From a virus: a stretch of DNA of 64,000 nt. Below are positions 9,036 through 18,504 of the stretch, piece after piece; position 1 is the stretch's first letter; every line of letters starts with the position of its first letter. Location of the stretch: positions 7,352-71,351 of the IMG/VR virus record IMGVR_UViG_3300010400_000005. One strand, written 5' to 3'. The notes below the pieces were generated by a model. It was not told the DNA's origin. It did no database searches and saw nothing but the letters and a program-made list of their open reading frames with translations. A program made the translations under genes and the position numbers.

Positions 9036-11070
9036 TTTTTTCTTAATTATTTTATTTACAACATATACTAAGGCTGCACCAGTTCTTACTAATGTAAGCG
9101 CAGTAAGAGTATCTGATGTGACAGCAGGTATTAGTTTAACTACAAATACAACTAGTTTCTGCTCTGTTGTTTATGGATTAACTACTTCGTATGGCGCACA
9201 AACAATTATTGTTCCTACGCATTTTTTTAATGAGCACTTTATAACTTTATATGGGTTAGTTCCAAACTCTCTATATCATTATAAAGTTACATGTACAGAT
9301 GCAAGTACTACTTCTACAACTGATATTGATAGAACTTTTACTACGCAAGCAGTTGCTACAGTTCCAAGATTACCAATTCCATTAGATCCGAATTTGCCGA
9401 ATTTATCTGGAGCAACTGTTAAAACAGTTAGAACTAGTGGTGGAAATTATACCTTAGATCAGTTACAAACTGCTATAAATGATGCAATTGCTTCCAGTGG
9501 AAACAGAATTATAGATGTTGAGGCTGGACAAGTCATATCTGGTAATTTTACTATTGGTGTAAAGGTAGATAATTCCTGTATACAGATAAGAAGCTCTAAT
9601 TATAATAACTTAAGAATAGGAAAGAGAGTAACTCCAACAGATGTTGCGAATTTGGTTAGAATTAGAAGTAATAATATAGCAGATCCAGCATTAGCAGTAT
9701 TTAGAACCGTTGGAGCTAGTAGGTGTACAATTTTTACTGGGATCGAAATAACTATAGATCCCTCTATAATTGCTGACGCTCCAGGCGGAACTAGTCAAAC
9801 TAAACTAGTAATGCTTGGAACAGCAGCAGAAACTTCTCAATCTCAACTTCCTTCTAATTTTAGATTTGATAGATGTTGGATTCATGGAATTGATCTTAAG
9901 AATACAAAAAGAGGTATTTATGTAAATGCAGAAAAAACTGTATTTATTGATTCAACTATAGAAAGATTTCAAGATACAAACGGAGATTCTCAAGCAATCT
10001 TAATTGGAACTGCTAAGCAATTATTAGTTTGGAATTGTTATGTAAATGGTGCTGGAGAAAATGTTTTATCTGGTGGTGTTGATCAAACAATAACTGGTTA
10101 TGCGACTTCTGATTTAGAATTTAGATATTCAGACTTTCCATGGTTATTAAAGTGGAAATCTAATGATCCTTCTTGGGATGGTAAAGATTGGGTCACTAAG
10201 AATAATTTTGAAATAAAAAAAGGTGAAGCAGTTTTAATATTTGCCTGTAATTTTGGTCCTTGGTGGGAATCTGAACAAACTGGTGGAACTATTAGTTTTA
10301 AAACATCTAATGATGATCCTAATCCAATTGTAATTGCTAAGGATATTTTAGTTTACCTATCTAGATTTAGAAATGTTGGTGCAGGAATAGTAATTAATGG
10401 TTCTAATAATACACTAGAAGAATCTACTGATCATACTAGAAGAATATCTTTTCTATATGATTTATTTGAAATAGATGGAATTACATTTAATAATGAAGAT
10501 AGTGGAAATCCTTCCAGTGGAAATATGTCACTTATTTTAACATCATATCAAGGCGGAGTAAAACATTATCCAGATGATTTTTCAATAGAGCATTGTACAT
10601 TTGTTAATTCTCGTGGTGGAAATAGAGTAATACACCTATTTGATACTCCAGCAACAGGAACTTCTTTAGGAAATGGATTTATATTTAGAAATAATATTCT
10701 TACATATAATATATTCGGCATAAAAGCTGATGGAACTGCTGAAGGAACAGCTTCTTTAAATGTTGCTACTGATAGTGCAACTAGAACTTGGAGTAAGAAT
10801 TTAATTAATGGAAGTTCTACAAACTATCCAACTGATAATACTTATGTTTCATCAGCAACAGATATTCAGTTTGTTGATTTTAACAATGGATTTTCTGGTG
10901 GAAACTTCAAACTAAGAGCTACAAGTCCTGGGAAAAATGCAGCAAGTGATGGAACTGATATGGGATATGATAAGGATAGATTAGATAGAGCTATCTCTGG
11001 TACAATAAGTGGAAGTTGGTTAGGAAGTATAAGTCAATGTAATTGGAATACAGATCCTGTGTGTAACTAA
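9010..11070 (+). CDS. Secreted FN3 + right-handed beta-helix protein (depolymerase-like)
   Basis: Probable start MKLREV at 9010 gives a signal peptide ending TKA; VVYGLTTSYG..H..TL.GL.PN..YHYKV is FN3-like; LQTAINDA, CWIHG, FRNNI, F.L...SPGKNAASDG.D.G are beta-helix family patterns. Confidence 0.7.
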   Translation: MKLREVLISFFLIILFTTYTKAAPVLTNVSAVRVSDVTAGISLTTNTTSFCSVVYGLTTSYGAQTIIVPTHFFNEHFITLYGLVPNSLYHYKVTCTDASTTSTTDIDRTFTTQAVATVPRLPIPLDPNLPNLSGATVKTVRTSGGNYTLDQLQTAINDAIASSGNRIIDVEAGQVISGNFTIGVKVDNSCIQIRSSNYNNLRIGKRVTPTDVANLVRIRSNNIADPALAVFRTVGASRCTIFTGIEITIDPSIIADAPGGTSQTKLVMLGTAAETSQSQLPSNFRFDRCWIHGIDLKNTKRGIYVNAEKTVFIDSTIERFQDTNGDSQAILIGTAKQLLVWNCYVNGAGENVLSGGVDQTITGYATSDLEFRYSDFPWLLKWKSNDPSWDGKDWVTKNNFEIKKGEAVLIFACNFGPWWESEQTGGTISFKTSNDDPNPIVIAKDILVYLSRFRNVGAGIVINGSNNTLEESTDHTRRISFLYDLFEIDGITFNNEDSGNPSSGNMSLILTSYQGGVKHYPDDFSIEHCTFVNSRGGNRVIHLFDTPATGTSLGNGFIFRNNILTYNIFGIKADGTAEGTASLNVATDSATRTWSKNLINGSSTNYPTDNTYVSSATDIQFVDFNNGFSGGNFKLRATSPGKNAASDGTDMGYDKDRLDRAISGTISGSWLGSISQCNWNTDPVCN

Positions 11071-12425
11071 TGACCTCTCCAAAATTCCAACATACAACTA
11101 GGGCAGCTTTTAAGGATCAGTTCTTTAAAAGAGTTGGAGATTTATCTAAAAGATTTTGGACTGATGATGAAGCCAATTTATTACTAAAGGAAGCTCTGCA
11201 TACATTTGGCGCAATTGGGCATATTTGGAGAAATCAAATAGAAATTAAAACAATTGCTGGACAGAGTTTTTATGATATAACAACTGATTTGTTTGCTGAG
11301 CAAGAGCTAACCTCATTCAATTTAGATTATCAATTTATTCTAGATTGTATTAATTTTCATCTAATAGAAAGTATTGGCACAGGAAGTCCAATAAGTGAAA
11401 TTACAAGTTTAGATGAAATATTAAAATTTGCTCGTAATCGCGTGAATCAATTTCAATTTCAAACAGGTCTTATATTGAGTAAGAAGTTATTCAATATGAA
11501 TCCTCCTAATGATAATAAAGTAGTAATAGACGACGAAGTGTTAGATGTAGTAAGAGCAGCTTATGTTAATCTAGATGAACTTACAAATCCTGATGAAATA
11601 TTTCCATTAGGTAGAGAAGATGAAAGTAATGTAGGATATTTTAATAGAAATGCATTTAATGAAACTGTAGAAGTTCCTGAATTTTATACAGCAGTTCTTG
11701 GTAATTTAAATACTATAAAAATCTATCCACTTCCAGCGAATCTTGGCAAGTTAGAGATTATATCAGTAAATGGAATTCCTTCTACTACAACACTAGCTTT
11801 AGATACTAAAATAGGAATTCCTGATAACTTAGTTTCTTATATAAAATGGGGAGTTTTGGCAGATATTTATTCAAAAGATGGAATTGCTTACAATCCTTCA
11901 ATGTCTGCTTATTGTGAAGAAAGATGGAGTGAGGGATTAATTGTTGGTAAGAATTATACTTCAGTATTAGAAGCTAAATTAAATGGGCTTCCATTACTTA
12001 TAGATTCTATAGTAAGCGCTGATAACAATCAATATGGATGGCAAAATAATATAGATCAACCATCTTTATTACTATCTGCTGGATATAACTTATTTGCAGT
12101 TAATTGTATTCCCGATGATATTTACTCAATATTAATGTTTGCAGTTACTAATGCTTATATCCCAATTGATGATGATGATTTCATAGATGTTAAGATGGAA
12201 TATATAGAGCCATTATTAGATTATTGTATTCACTTGGCGAGTATAAAAAATGGCGCTGAAGCAGTACAAATAACAACCGACGAGAGAAATAATTTTATAA
12301 GAACAGGAATTAAAAACAATCTTAGACTTATGAAGAATGGATATTCAGTAGAAACTATGTTTAAACGAACAAAAAGACAAGAGGAAGATAATTCTATTAG
12401 GGTTAAAGAAGAAATGGTTGTGTAA
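11070..12425 (+). CDS. Putative tail tubular/adaptor protein
   Basis: RFWTDDEAN..LKEAL, TIAGQSFYD and IKIYPLP motifs; lies before the nozzle-like gene. Confidence 0.55.
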   Translation: MTSPKFQHTTRAAFKDQFFKRVGDLSKRFWTDDEANLLLKEALHTFGAIGHIWRNQIEIKTIAGQSFYDITTDLFAEQELTSFNLDYQFILDCINFHLIESIGTGSPISEITSLDEILKFARNRVNQFQFQTGLILSKKLFNMNPPNDNKVVIDDEVLDVVRAAYVNLDELTNPDEIFPLGREDESNVGYFNRNAFNETVEVPEFYTAVLGNLNTIKIYPLPANLGKLEIISVNGIPSTTTLALDTKIGIPDNLVSYIKWGVLADIYSKDGIAYNPSMSAYCEERWSEGLIVGKNYTSVLEAKLNGLPLLIDSIVSADNNQYGWQNNIDQPSLLLSAGYNLFAVNCIPDDIYSILMFAVTNAYIPIDDDDFIDVKMEYIEPLLDYCIHLASIKNGAEAVQITTDERNNFIRTGIKNNLRLMKNGYSVETMFKRTKRQEEDNSIRVKEEMVV

Positions 12426-15400
12426 TGGCAGATCACAAATATCACTCACAAAAAATGCTATGTTCAGGAATGGTACTTGGAGTGGTTTCTGACTTAGTGC
12501 CACAGAACAAGTTTAGATTTCTGCAAAATATCCGTGTTGACGTAGAGGGTGAATTTAAGTCTAGACCAAAGGTTTTTCCATTTCTAAGTTTAAATCCAGC
12601 GTTGCCTCAAGTTCCTCATACCATTAAAACTATTGTAAACAAGATAACTGGAGAAATTAATAGAATTATTGGAGTTGATACAGAAATATATACAGGGAGT
12701 GGAGATCCATTAAATCAAAAAGTTGGCGGATTTTCTAATGATCCTTTAAGCATTGTCGATTTTCGTCCAGAAGAGGCTACAGAAGCTTATGCTTATATTG
12801 CTGATAGTCTGAAGATGTGTAAGATTTCTGTTAGTAATATTCTATCAGATATAGGAATTAATGCGCCGACAAAAGCACTTTCATTTGCTATTTCCAAACC
12901 ATTTAGGAAAATAATAGACAATATAACAACAGCAGATGTTGCTGATTGGGATGATTTAATTGGCAGCGCAGCAACTCCAATTGTTGAAGATAGAATAGAT
13001 GATACTATAACTGCAATCTTATATGACGATGTTGCTCCTTGTTTCGCCTCTGTAGTTACTGATGTTCCACCAACTTTACAAACTGGTGCAATTGTTATAA
13101 TTGATGGAAGCGATGAGCTTATTGTAGAGGAAATTATTCCAGCTAGTTTATTAAGTGGAGTTGCTACTATTGAATCTATAAGTTACGATAGTGGAACTAG
13201 TGGATTATGCACTATCGTCCTATCAACTTCTGACGTTTCTCTTAGAAGAAACTCTATCTTATTATTAAATGGAACAGAATATGTGAGAGTGCAAGAAGTT
13301 ACTAGAAATATAAATAATCTTCCATCAGTTAGAGTTTCTACAGTTGGCACATTTGCAGTTGGAAATACGGTAGTAGGTGCAGCTTCTTTGAGAGTATTTG
13401 CAACAGTTGGAACTTATGCTGCTGCTGATACTATATTTGCAGAAGGATTAATTACTTCTGTAGGAGCAGCAGGAATTTCAGCTATAACTAACACGATCGA
13501 TGTTGATCTAACAAATGCTGATGGACAACCTTTAAAGAATACAGATTATTTACACTGTTCATTAAAAGTGAGTAATCCTGCTGTATTAACAGAAATTCAG
13601 ATTCAGTTAGATTGTGATTCAGCAGTTCCTTTTAATAATTATTTTTATTACCCAATAACCCCTAATTATTTTACAAGTTCGGCAGCACAGGAAACCTCTA
13701 CACTTTCTGCAATTCAACAAACTGTACAAAGAGAAGAACTTATTAATAAACTATTAAGATTAGGAGATCAAGAATCATCTGGCGGATTTAGCACTAGACA
13801 AGATTTAGGACTAGATCCAATTGTTGATTATTTAGATACGACTTCTCCTATTGGTCAAACAGGCTTAGGTGAACAACAGTGGATTGAACTTTATATTAAA
13901 TTAGGAGATTTAAAACGTGTAGGAACTGATGCTTCTAGGACAAAGAAAGATATTAAAGCTATTCGTTTATCTATTAATTGTGCAGCAGCAATTGATGTTG
14001 GATTAGACTCAATTTGGGTAGGTGGTGGAAGTGATTTAGAATCTACTAGAGGAACTTCCAGTTTAATTCCATACAATTATATATGGCGAGTAAGAGATCC
14101 GCGAACAAAAGCTATTTCCAATTGGAGTCCTCCTTTAAGAGAAGCAATTTCTACCTCTAGAAATTCTATAGCACTAACTCCAGTTGATGCAAATACTGAT
14201 TTCTCTACAGATTTTGTAATAGATATTGCGCGATTTGGTGGATCTTTAAAAGATTATAGAATTATTGGAACTGTAAAAAACGATGGATCTTCATTTATAG
14301 ATACTGTATCTGATTTTGTAGCTGCACTAAATGAACCTGCTGGAAGAAGATTAAAAGGAGATCAAATTGGAGATGAAGAAGTATTTGATTTTTATAAACC
14401 ATTTGCTTTTTTAGATACGCCAAAATTAGGAATTTGTAGCGTTATTGGAACTAAGTTTACTTGGATCAGTGGAGATCAATTGAATATTTCATATCCTCGT
14501 GGAGTGCAAATTTTAATTGATGGAATATTAAATAGATTCTATACGAATCCCACAGATGTTTCTCATGTTGAACTTGAAAAAGATATGGGAAGCTTATCTA
14601 ATGTAAACTTTGAAATTAAAGCTCCCTTATTGACAGGTCAACCTTTACCAATTATATTTGGCCCATTTGGAGAAGGTAATTCAGGACTATTCATATTTGG
14701 AGTTGGAAATAAGAAAGCTGCTGGCACAGTTTATTGGTTAGATGGAAATTCTCCTGATACACAAAGTGATATTAACTTTCTAGAAATAACTTCTCCTAGT
14801 GAAGTTTTACTAACTGGAGTTATGTATGATGGATATGGATTTTTATTTTCTAATAAGCGCAGCTTCATGTTAATTCCAACTTTTCAGTCTGGTGCTCTTG
14901 GCTTTATTGCTAGAGAAAATGCTGGTTCTAGGGGAGTATTTAGTAGATGGTCAATTTGTGTAGGAAGAGATGCAATTTATTATTTAACAGATAATGCTGA
15001 TGGAATTGTAAAATCTGCTGGAACTGGAATTCCTCAATATATTACTAATGGAAGTTTATATAATTTATTTCCTCATAATGGTGTTGATCCTTTACCAGTT
15101 GGCATATCAACAGGGACTGATGGAATTGTTATTCAGCCACCAGATTTTTCTATTCCAGAAGCAATTAGATTTTTTCATATAAGAGACTATTTATTCTTTA
15201 GATTTATAGATTTATCAGGCAATCATATCTGTTTAGTTTATGATGAGAAGATGAATGATTGGATTTCTTATGATACTTATGCAGATGATAAAATGAACGT
15301 TGTTTATACTGAAGAAATAGAATCTTCATCTGATGTTTTAGTAGGAATTGAGAGTGGGGTTGGAAAATTCTCAGATGGACTAACTGCAAGAGAAAATGAT

Positions 15401-16354
15401 ATTAAATCAATAATAGTTCCTTTCTCTGCTGATCAGGGAGATTCTAGAATTTTAAAGTTATATGATGAAATTGTGTTTGATGTTAATTTAGGAATTGGTG
15501 GATTAGATTATTCTATATTCTACGATAATGGATTAGCTGGCGAAATTCCTGCCAATCTTCCAATTGGATCTTTGAGAAGAGAAAAAATTGCTAAGGTTAT
15601 CAACAGTGGGGATGGAAGATTAGGAAGAAATATAAGCTGTAGAACAGAATGGACGCTTGCTAGCAATGTTAGATTATATGAGCAACAGTTTTATTTTCTA
15701 CCAAGAGCAGATCAAACCAATGATAGATTCTCTGATGTAGAAGATGCTGGTGTTTTTGGTGATAAGTTCTGGCAAGGTGTTGTTATAGATGCTGATACTT
15801 TTGGAGTTGATAAAGAACTTATATTTAAAGATGAAGATGGAAATGTCCGAGCTACTATAGTTATTAATCACATTGGCAAATCTACTAAATCATATCCATT
15901 TGAAACTCCGTGGATTTCTCATAGAATTATAAGAACTTCTGATGATAATACAGAATGGGTACATTATCAGAGTGAGTATAAATTTGATGTTGAGCCTGAA
16001 TTAGGAAAAGTTTGGGAAACTCAAGAAACATCACATGGAATTCCTGGGTTTAAGGTGATTGAACGAATTGGAATTGTGGCTAGAACAACTTCTTTAGCTA
16101 CTTTAAAAATATTTTACGATGACGCTATAGAAGAATATGAACTTGAAGATACTAATGGAGATAAAAGGAAGCAGTTCTTTTTCGTAAGGGCAAGAAAGGG
16201 AAAATTATTAAAATATAGAATAGAAGCAGAGGAAGATTTTCGTATTTATATGAATGACTTAGAAGTTTGGATTAGGCAATACAATATGCCAAGCTTTTAT
16301 TCGCCACTTAAACCATTTGGTGATAGAGATTCGCAGACAGGAGCTACTATATAA
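12425..16354 (+). CDS. Putative tail nozzle / stabilisation protein (T7 gp12 / P22 gp10-like position)
   Basis: 1309 aa, beta-rich, N-terminal LQNIR..GEFKSRP pattern; synteny. Confidence 0.55.
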   Translation: MADHKYHSQKMLCSGMVLGVVSDLVPQNKFRFLQNIRVDVEGEFKSRPKVFPFLSLNPALPQVPHTIKTIVNKITGEINRIIGVDTEIYTGSGDPLNQKVGGFSNDPLSIVDFRPEEATEAYAYIADSLKMCKISVSNILSDIGINAPTKALSFAISKPFRKIIDNITTADVADWDDLIGSAATPIVEDRIDDTITAILYDDVAPCFASVVTDVPPTLQTGAIVIIDGSDELIVEEIIPASLLSGVATIESISYDSGTSGLCTIVLSTSDVSLRRNSILLLNGTEYVRVQEVTRNINNLPSVRVSTVGTFAVGNTVVGAASLRVFATVGTYAAADTIFAEGLITSVGAAGISAITNTIDVDLTNADGQPLKNTDYLHCSLKVSNPAVLTEIQIQLDCDSAVPFNNYFYYPITPNYFTSSAAQETSTLSAIQQTVQREELINKLLRLGDQESSGGFSTRQDLGLDPIVDYLDTTSPIGQTGLGEQQWIELYIKLGDLKRVGTDASRTKKDIKAIRLSINCAAAIDVGLDSIWVGGGSDLESTRGTSSLIPYNYIWRVRDPRTKAISNWSPPLREAISTSRNSIALTPVDANTDFSTDFVIDIARFGGSLKDYRIIGTVKNDGSSFIDTVSDFVAALNEPAGRRLKGDQIGDEEVFDFYKPFAFLDTPKLGICSVIGTKFTWISGDQLNISYPRGVQILIDGILNRFYTNPTDVSHVELEKDMGSLSNVNFEIKAPLLTGQPLPIIFGPFGEGNSGLFIFGVGNKKAAGTVYWLDGNSPDTQSDINFLEITSPSEVLLTGVMYDGYGFLFSNKRSFMLIPTFQSGALGFIARENAGSRGVFSRWSICVGRDAIYYLTDNADGIVKSAGTGIPQYITNGSLYNLFPHNGVDPLPVGISTGTDGIVIQPPDFSIPEAIRFFHIRDYLFFRFIDLSGNHICLVYDEKMNDWISYDTYADDKMNVVYTEEIESSSDVLVGIESGVGKFSDGLTARENDIKSIIVPFSADQGDSRILKLYDEIVFDVNLGIGGLDYSIFYDNGLAGEIPANLPIGSLRREKIAKVINSGDGRLGRNISCRTEWTLASNVRLYEQQFYFLPRADQTNDRFSDVEDAGVFGDKFWQGVVIDADTFGVDKELIFKDEDGNVRATIVINHIGKSTKSYPFETPWISHRIIRTSDDNTEWVHYQSEYKFDVEPELGKVWETQETSHGIPGFKVIERIGIVARTTSLATLKIFYDDAIEEYELEDTNGDKRKQFFFVRARKGKLLKYRIEAEEDFRIYMNDLEVWIRQYNMPSFYSPLKPFGDRDSQTGATI

Positions 16355-16704
16355 TGAGCACTAAAAATGTAACAGTTGCTTTAGCAGATTGGACTAAACT
16401 TTCTACCTTAATTGCAGCAGCTTTACTTGCTGATGATAAGCCTAATTTTCCTACAGTTTGTCAGAAATTAGAGATTATTTCTCCAGAATCAAATGCTGAT
16501 GGAACTAGAGTTGATATATCAACTGATCCAGTGGATTTCGATATTGCATATAGATTACTTAAAGAAGAAAAGCAACCTTTTGAAAGTCCTTTAAGAAGTA
16601 ATAATATTTCTACTATGGACAAATGGATTAGAATAGTAGATGGATCTACAGAGGCTGGAATAGTAACTGCTGGAACTGCTAGAATTATTCTCAACTTTGC
16701 ATAA
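16354..16704 (+). CDS. Hypothetical virion protein
   Basis: 116-aa ORF translationally coupled (TAATG). Confidence 0.6.
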   Translation: MSTKNVTVALADWTKLSTLIAAALLADDKPNFPTVCQKLEIISPESNADGTRVDISTDPVDFDIAYRLLKEEKQPFESPLRSNNISTMDKWIRIVDGSTEAGIVTAGTARIILNFA

Positions 16705-16709
16705 TTAAT

Positions 16710-17327
16710 ATGCCAAAGAATGAATTATTTGACGAAGTAAAGGATTATCTTCCACAATTACGTGGTAGAGTAGATCCAGAAGTTGATAAAATTTTATATA
16801 TTGCTTTTCTAAGGATATATGAATACGTAAATGCTAAAACAAGAAAGATATCTGAAGCATCTGTTAAGGAAATAGAAACTAGAACGCAAGAAGTTGTAAC
16901 TCAAACAACACAACTTGTTAATAATTTCGTAACTAAGTTAATAACAAATAAGGGACAAGGAAATAACCCATTAGAGCAGTTAGGTATAGGAACTGTAACT
17001 TCTGTTTCTGCAACTGGTAATGCTTTATTTTCAATTAGTGGAAGTCCGATTACTGAAAGTGGAACTTTTACCTTTACATTATCTACTCAAGCAGCGAATA
17101 GAGTTTTTGCAGGCCCAACTTCAGGTGGAGCAGCTACTCCTACTTTTAGAACTTTAGTTAAAGAAGATATTAATATCCCATTTAAACTAACAACCTCAAC
17201 TGCTGCTGATCCTACTGTTGCTGATTATGCTAATGATACTTGGGGGATTCATCGTAATACTTTAAGTGGAGATATTTTCATTGTCTTTAATGACGCAGGA
17301 ACTATCAAAAAACTATTACTTGTTTAG
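16710..17327 (+). CDS. Tail needle/short fibre-like protein
   Basis: Helical N-half, then GTVTSVS..SGSPIT.SGT..QAANRVFAGPTSGGAATPTFRTL fibre module. Confidence 0.55.
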   Translation: MPKNELFDEVKDYLPQLRGRVDPEVDKILYIAFLRIYEYVNAKTRKISEASVKEIETRTQEVVTQTTQLVNNFVTKLITNKGQGNNPLEQLGIGTVTSVSATGNALFSISGSPITESGTFTFTLSTQAANRVFAGPTSGGAATPTFRTLVKEDINIPFKLTTSTAADPTVADYANDTWGIHRNTLSGDIFIVFNDAGTIKKLLLV

Positions 17328-17340
17328 CCTGTTTCTATAT

Positions 17341-17370
17341 TTGACAGCTTATAGCGATATATGCTAAGCT
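17341..17370 (+). promoter_or_regulatory. Sigma70-like promoter for the ejection-protein operon
   Basis: TTGACA (17341-46), 18-nt spacer, TGc TAAGCT (17365-70); overlaps inverted repeat cagctta..taagctg. Confidence 0.5.
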
Positions 17371-17454
17371 GCTAGGGTGGAGGGTGGGAATAGATTAATA
17401 TATACAAACAGTGTGCCATACCGAATTGTTATGGTCTAGTTAATCAATTATCGT

Positions 17455-17856
17455 ATGTCAAGCATACAATACGAATTTTTTACTGGCGAAGAAGCAAACT
17501 TATTAGAATTACATAAGTTAGATGAAAGTATAAGAGTTCCTTGGCCGCCAACTTCTCACATTTTATATGCTATTAATGAAAATAAAGATATAATTGGCCG
17601 AATGGGCTTACTACAACTTCCTCATATAGAAGGAACTTGGATTAGGGAAGATTATAGAAATGGAACTATTGCTGTTAGAATGATTTCTAAAGTAGAAAAC
17701 TTATTAGTAGAAAACGATAGAACAGCAGCCTTTGCTTTTATACAAACTAAAGATGAAGATATCCAAAATTATATGGAACGTCTTGGTTATATAGAGCTCC
17801 CACTTAAAGTTTATGTAAAAGCATTAATTGATGATAAGAAACAGAAAGTAGCTTAA
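17455..17856 (+). CDS. GNAT-like acetyltransferase-fold protein
   Basis: WIREDYRNGTIA..YMERLGY pattern; position before internal virion proteins as in T7/P22-like phages. Confidence 0.6.
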   Translation: MSSIQYEFFTGEEANLLELHKLDESIRVPWPPTSHILYAINENKDIIGRMGLLQLPHIEGTWIREDYRNGTIAVRMISKVENLLVENDRTAAFAFIQTKDEDIQNYMERLGYIELPLKVYVKALIDDKKQKVA

Positions 17857-17858
17857 TT

Positions 17859-18491
17859 ATGCCAGTTGTTCCTTTTATCCCATTAATTGCTGGTGCTGTT
17901 GGTGGAACTATATTAGGAAGAAGAACATCTTCTCCATCGTCAACTAGTCAATCAGTTTTAGACTCACAACAGCAAGAATTAATCGATATTCAAAAGAAAT
18001 TAGCTGAATATGGAATTCCCGCTGGTAAAGCAAATTTTGAAAAAGCAGGGTCAGCTTATGACACTTCTTTAGATTTTTACAAGAAAATTTTAACTGGTTC
18101 TAATGAAGATTTGCTTAGTTTAATAAATGCTGATGAGTATACAAAATCAGCAGATGAAGCACAAGCAACTGCTTATAGTTTAGCTGGAAGAAGTGGAAAT
18201 AGGGCAGCTACATTAGCTGGAGTTGAAGAAAGCAGAGCAGGAAATTTAAATAGGATACTTACTCAATTAAGAGCTAGTGCGCCCGGAGAAATTTCTAGTA
18301 TTGGTCAAGCAATTGCAAATATGGGAGCACAACAATTATCTGCTGGTGCTGGTGGGCTTTCATCTGCCTCTAATTCTTTGTTTGGACTTTCTCAACTAAA
18401 ACAACAAGATGCAGATAGACGAGCACAACTTATAGGATCGATTATAGGAACTGGCGGAACTATTCTTGGAGCTGTTTTAGGTAGCAAATAA
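17859..18491 (+). CDS. Putative DNA ejection / pilot protein
   Basis: G/A/S-rich helical protein with hydrophobic glycine-rich termini. Confidence 0.55.
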   Translation: MPVVPFIPLIAGAVGGTILGRRTSSPSSTSQSVLDSQQQELIDIQKKLAEYGIPAGKANFEKAGSAYDTSLDFYKKILTGSNEDLLSLINADEYTKSADEAQATAYSLAGRSGNRAATLAGVEESRAGNLNRILTQLRASAPGEISSIGQAIANMGAQQLSAGAGGLSSASNSLFGLSQLKQQDADRRAQLIGSIIGTGGTILGAVLGSK

Positions 18492-18504
18492 ATAGGAGAT
18501 TAAA

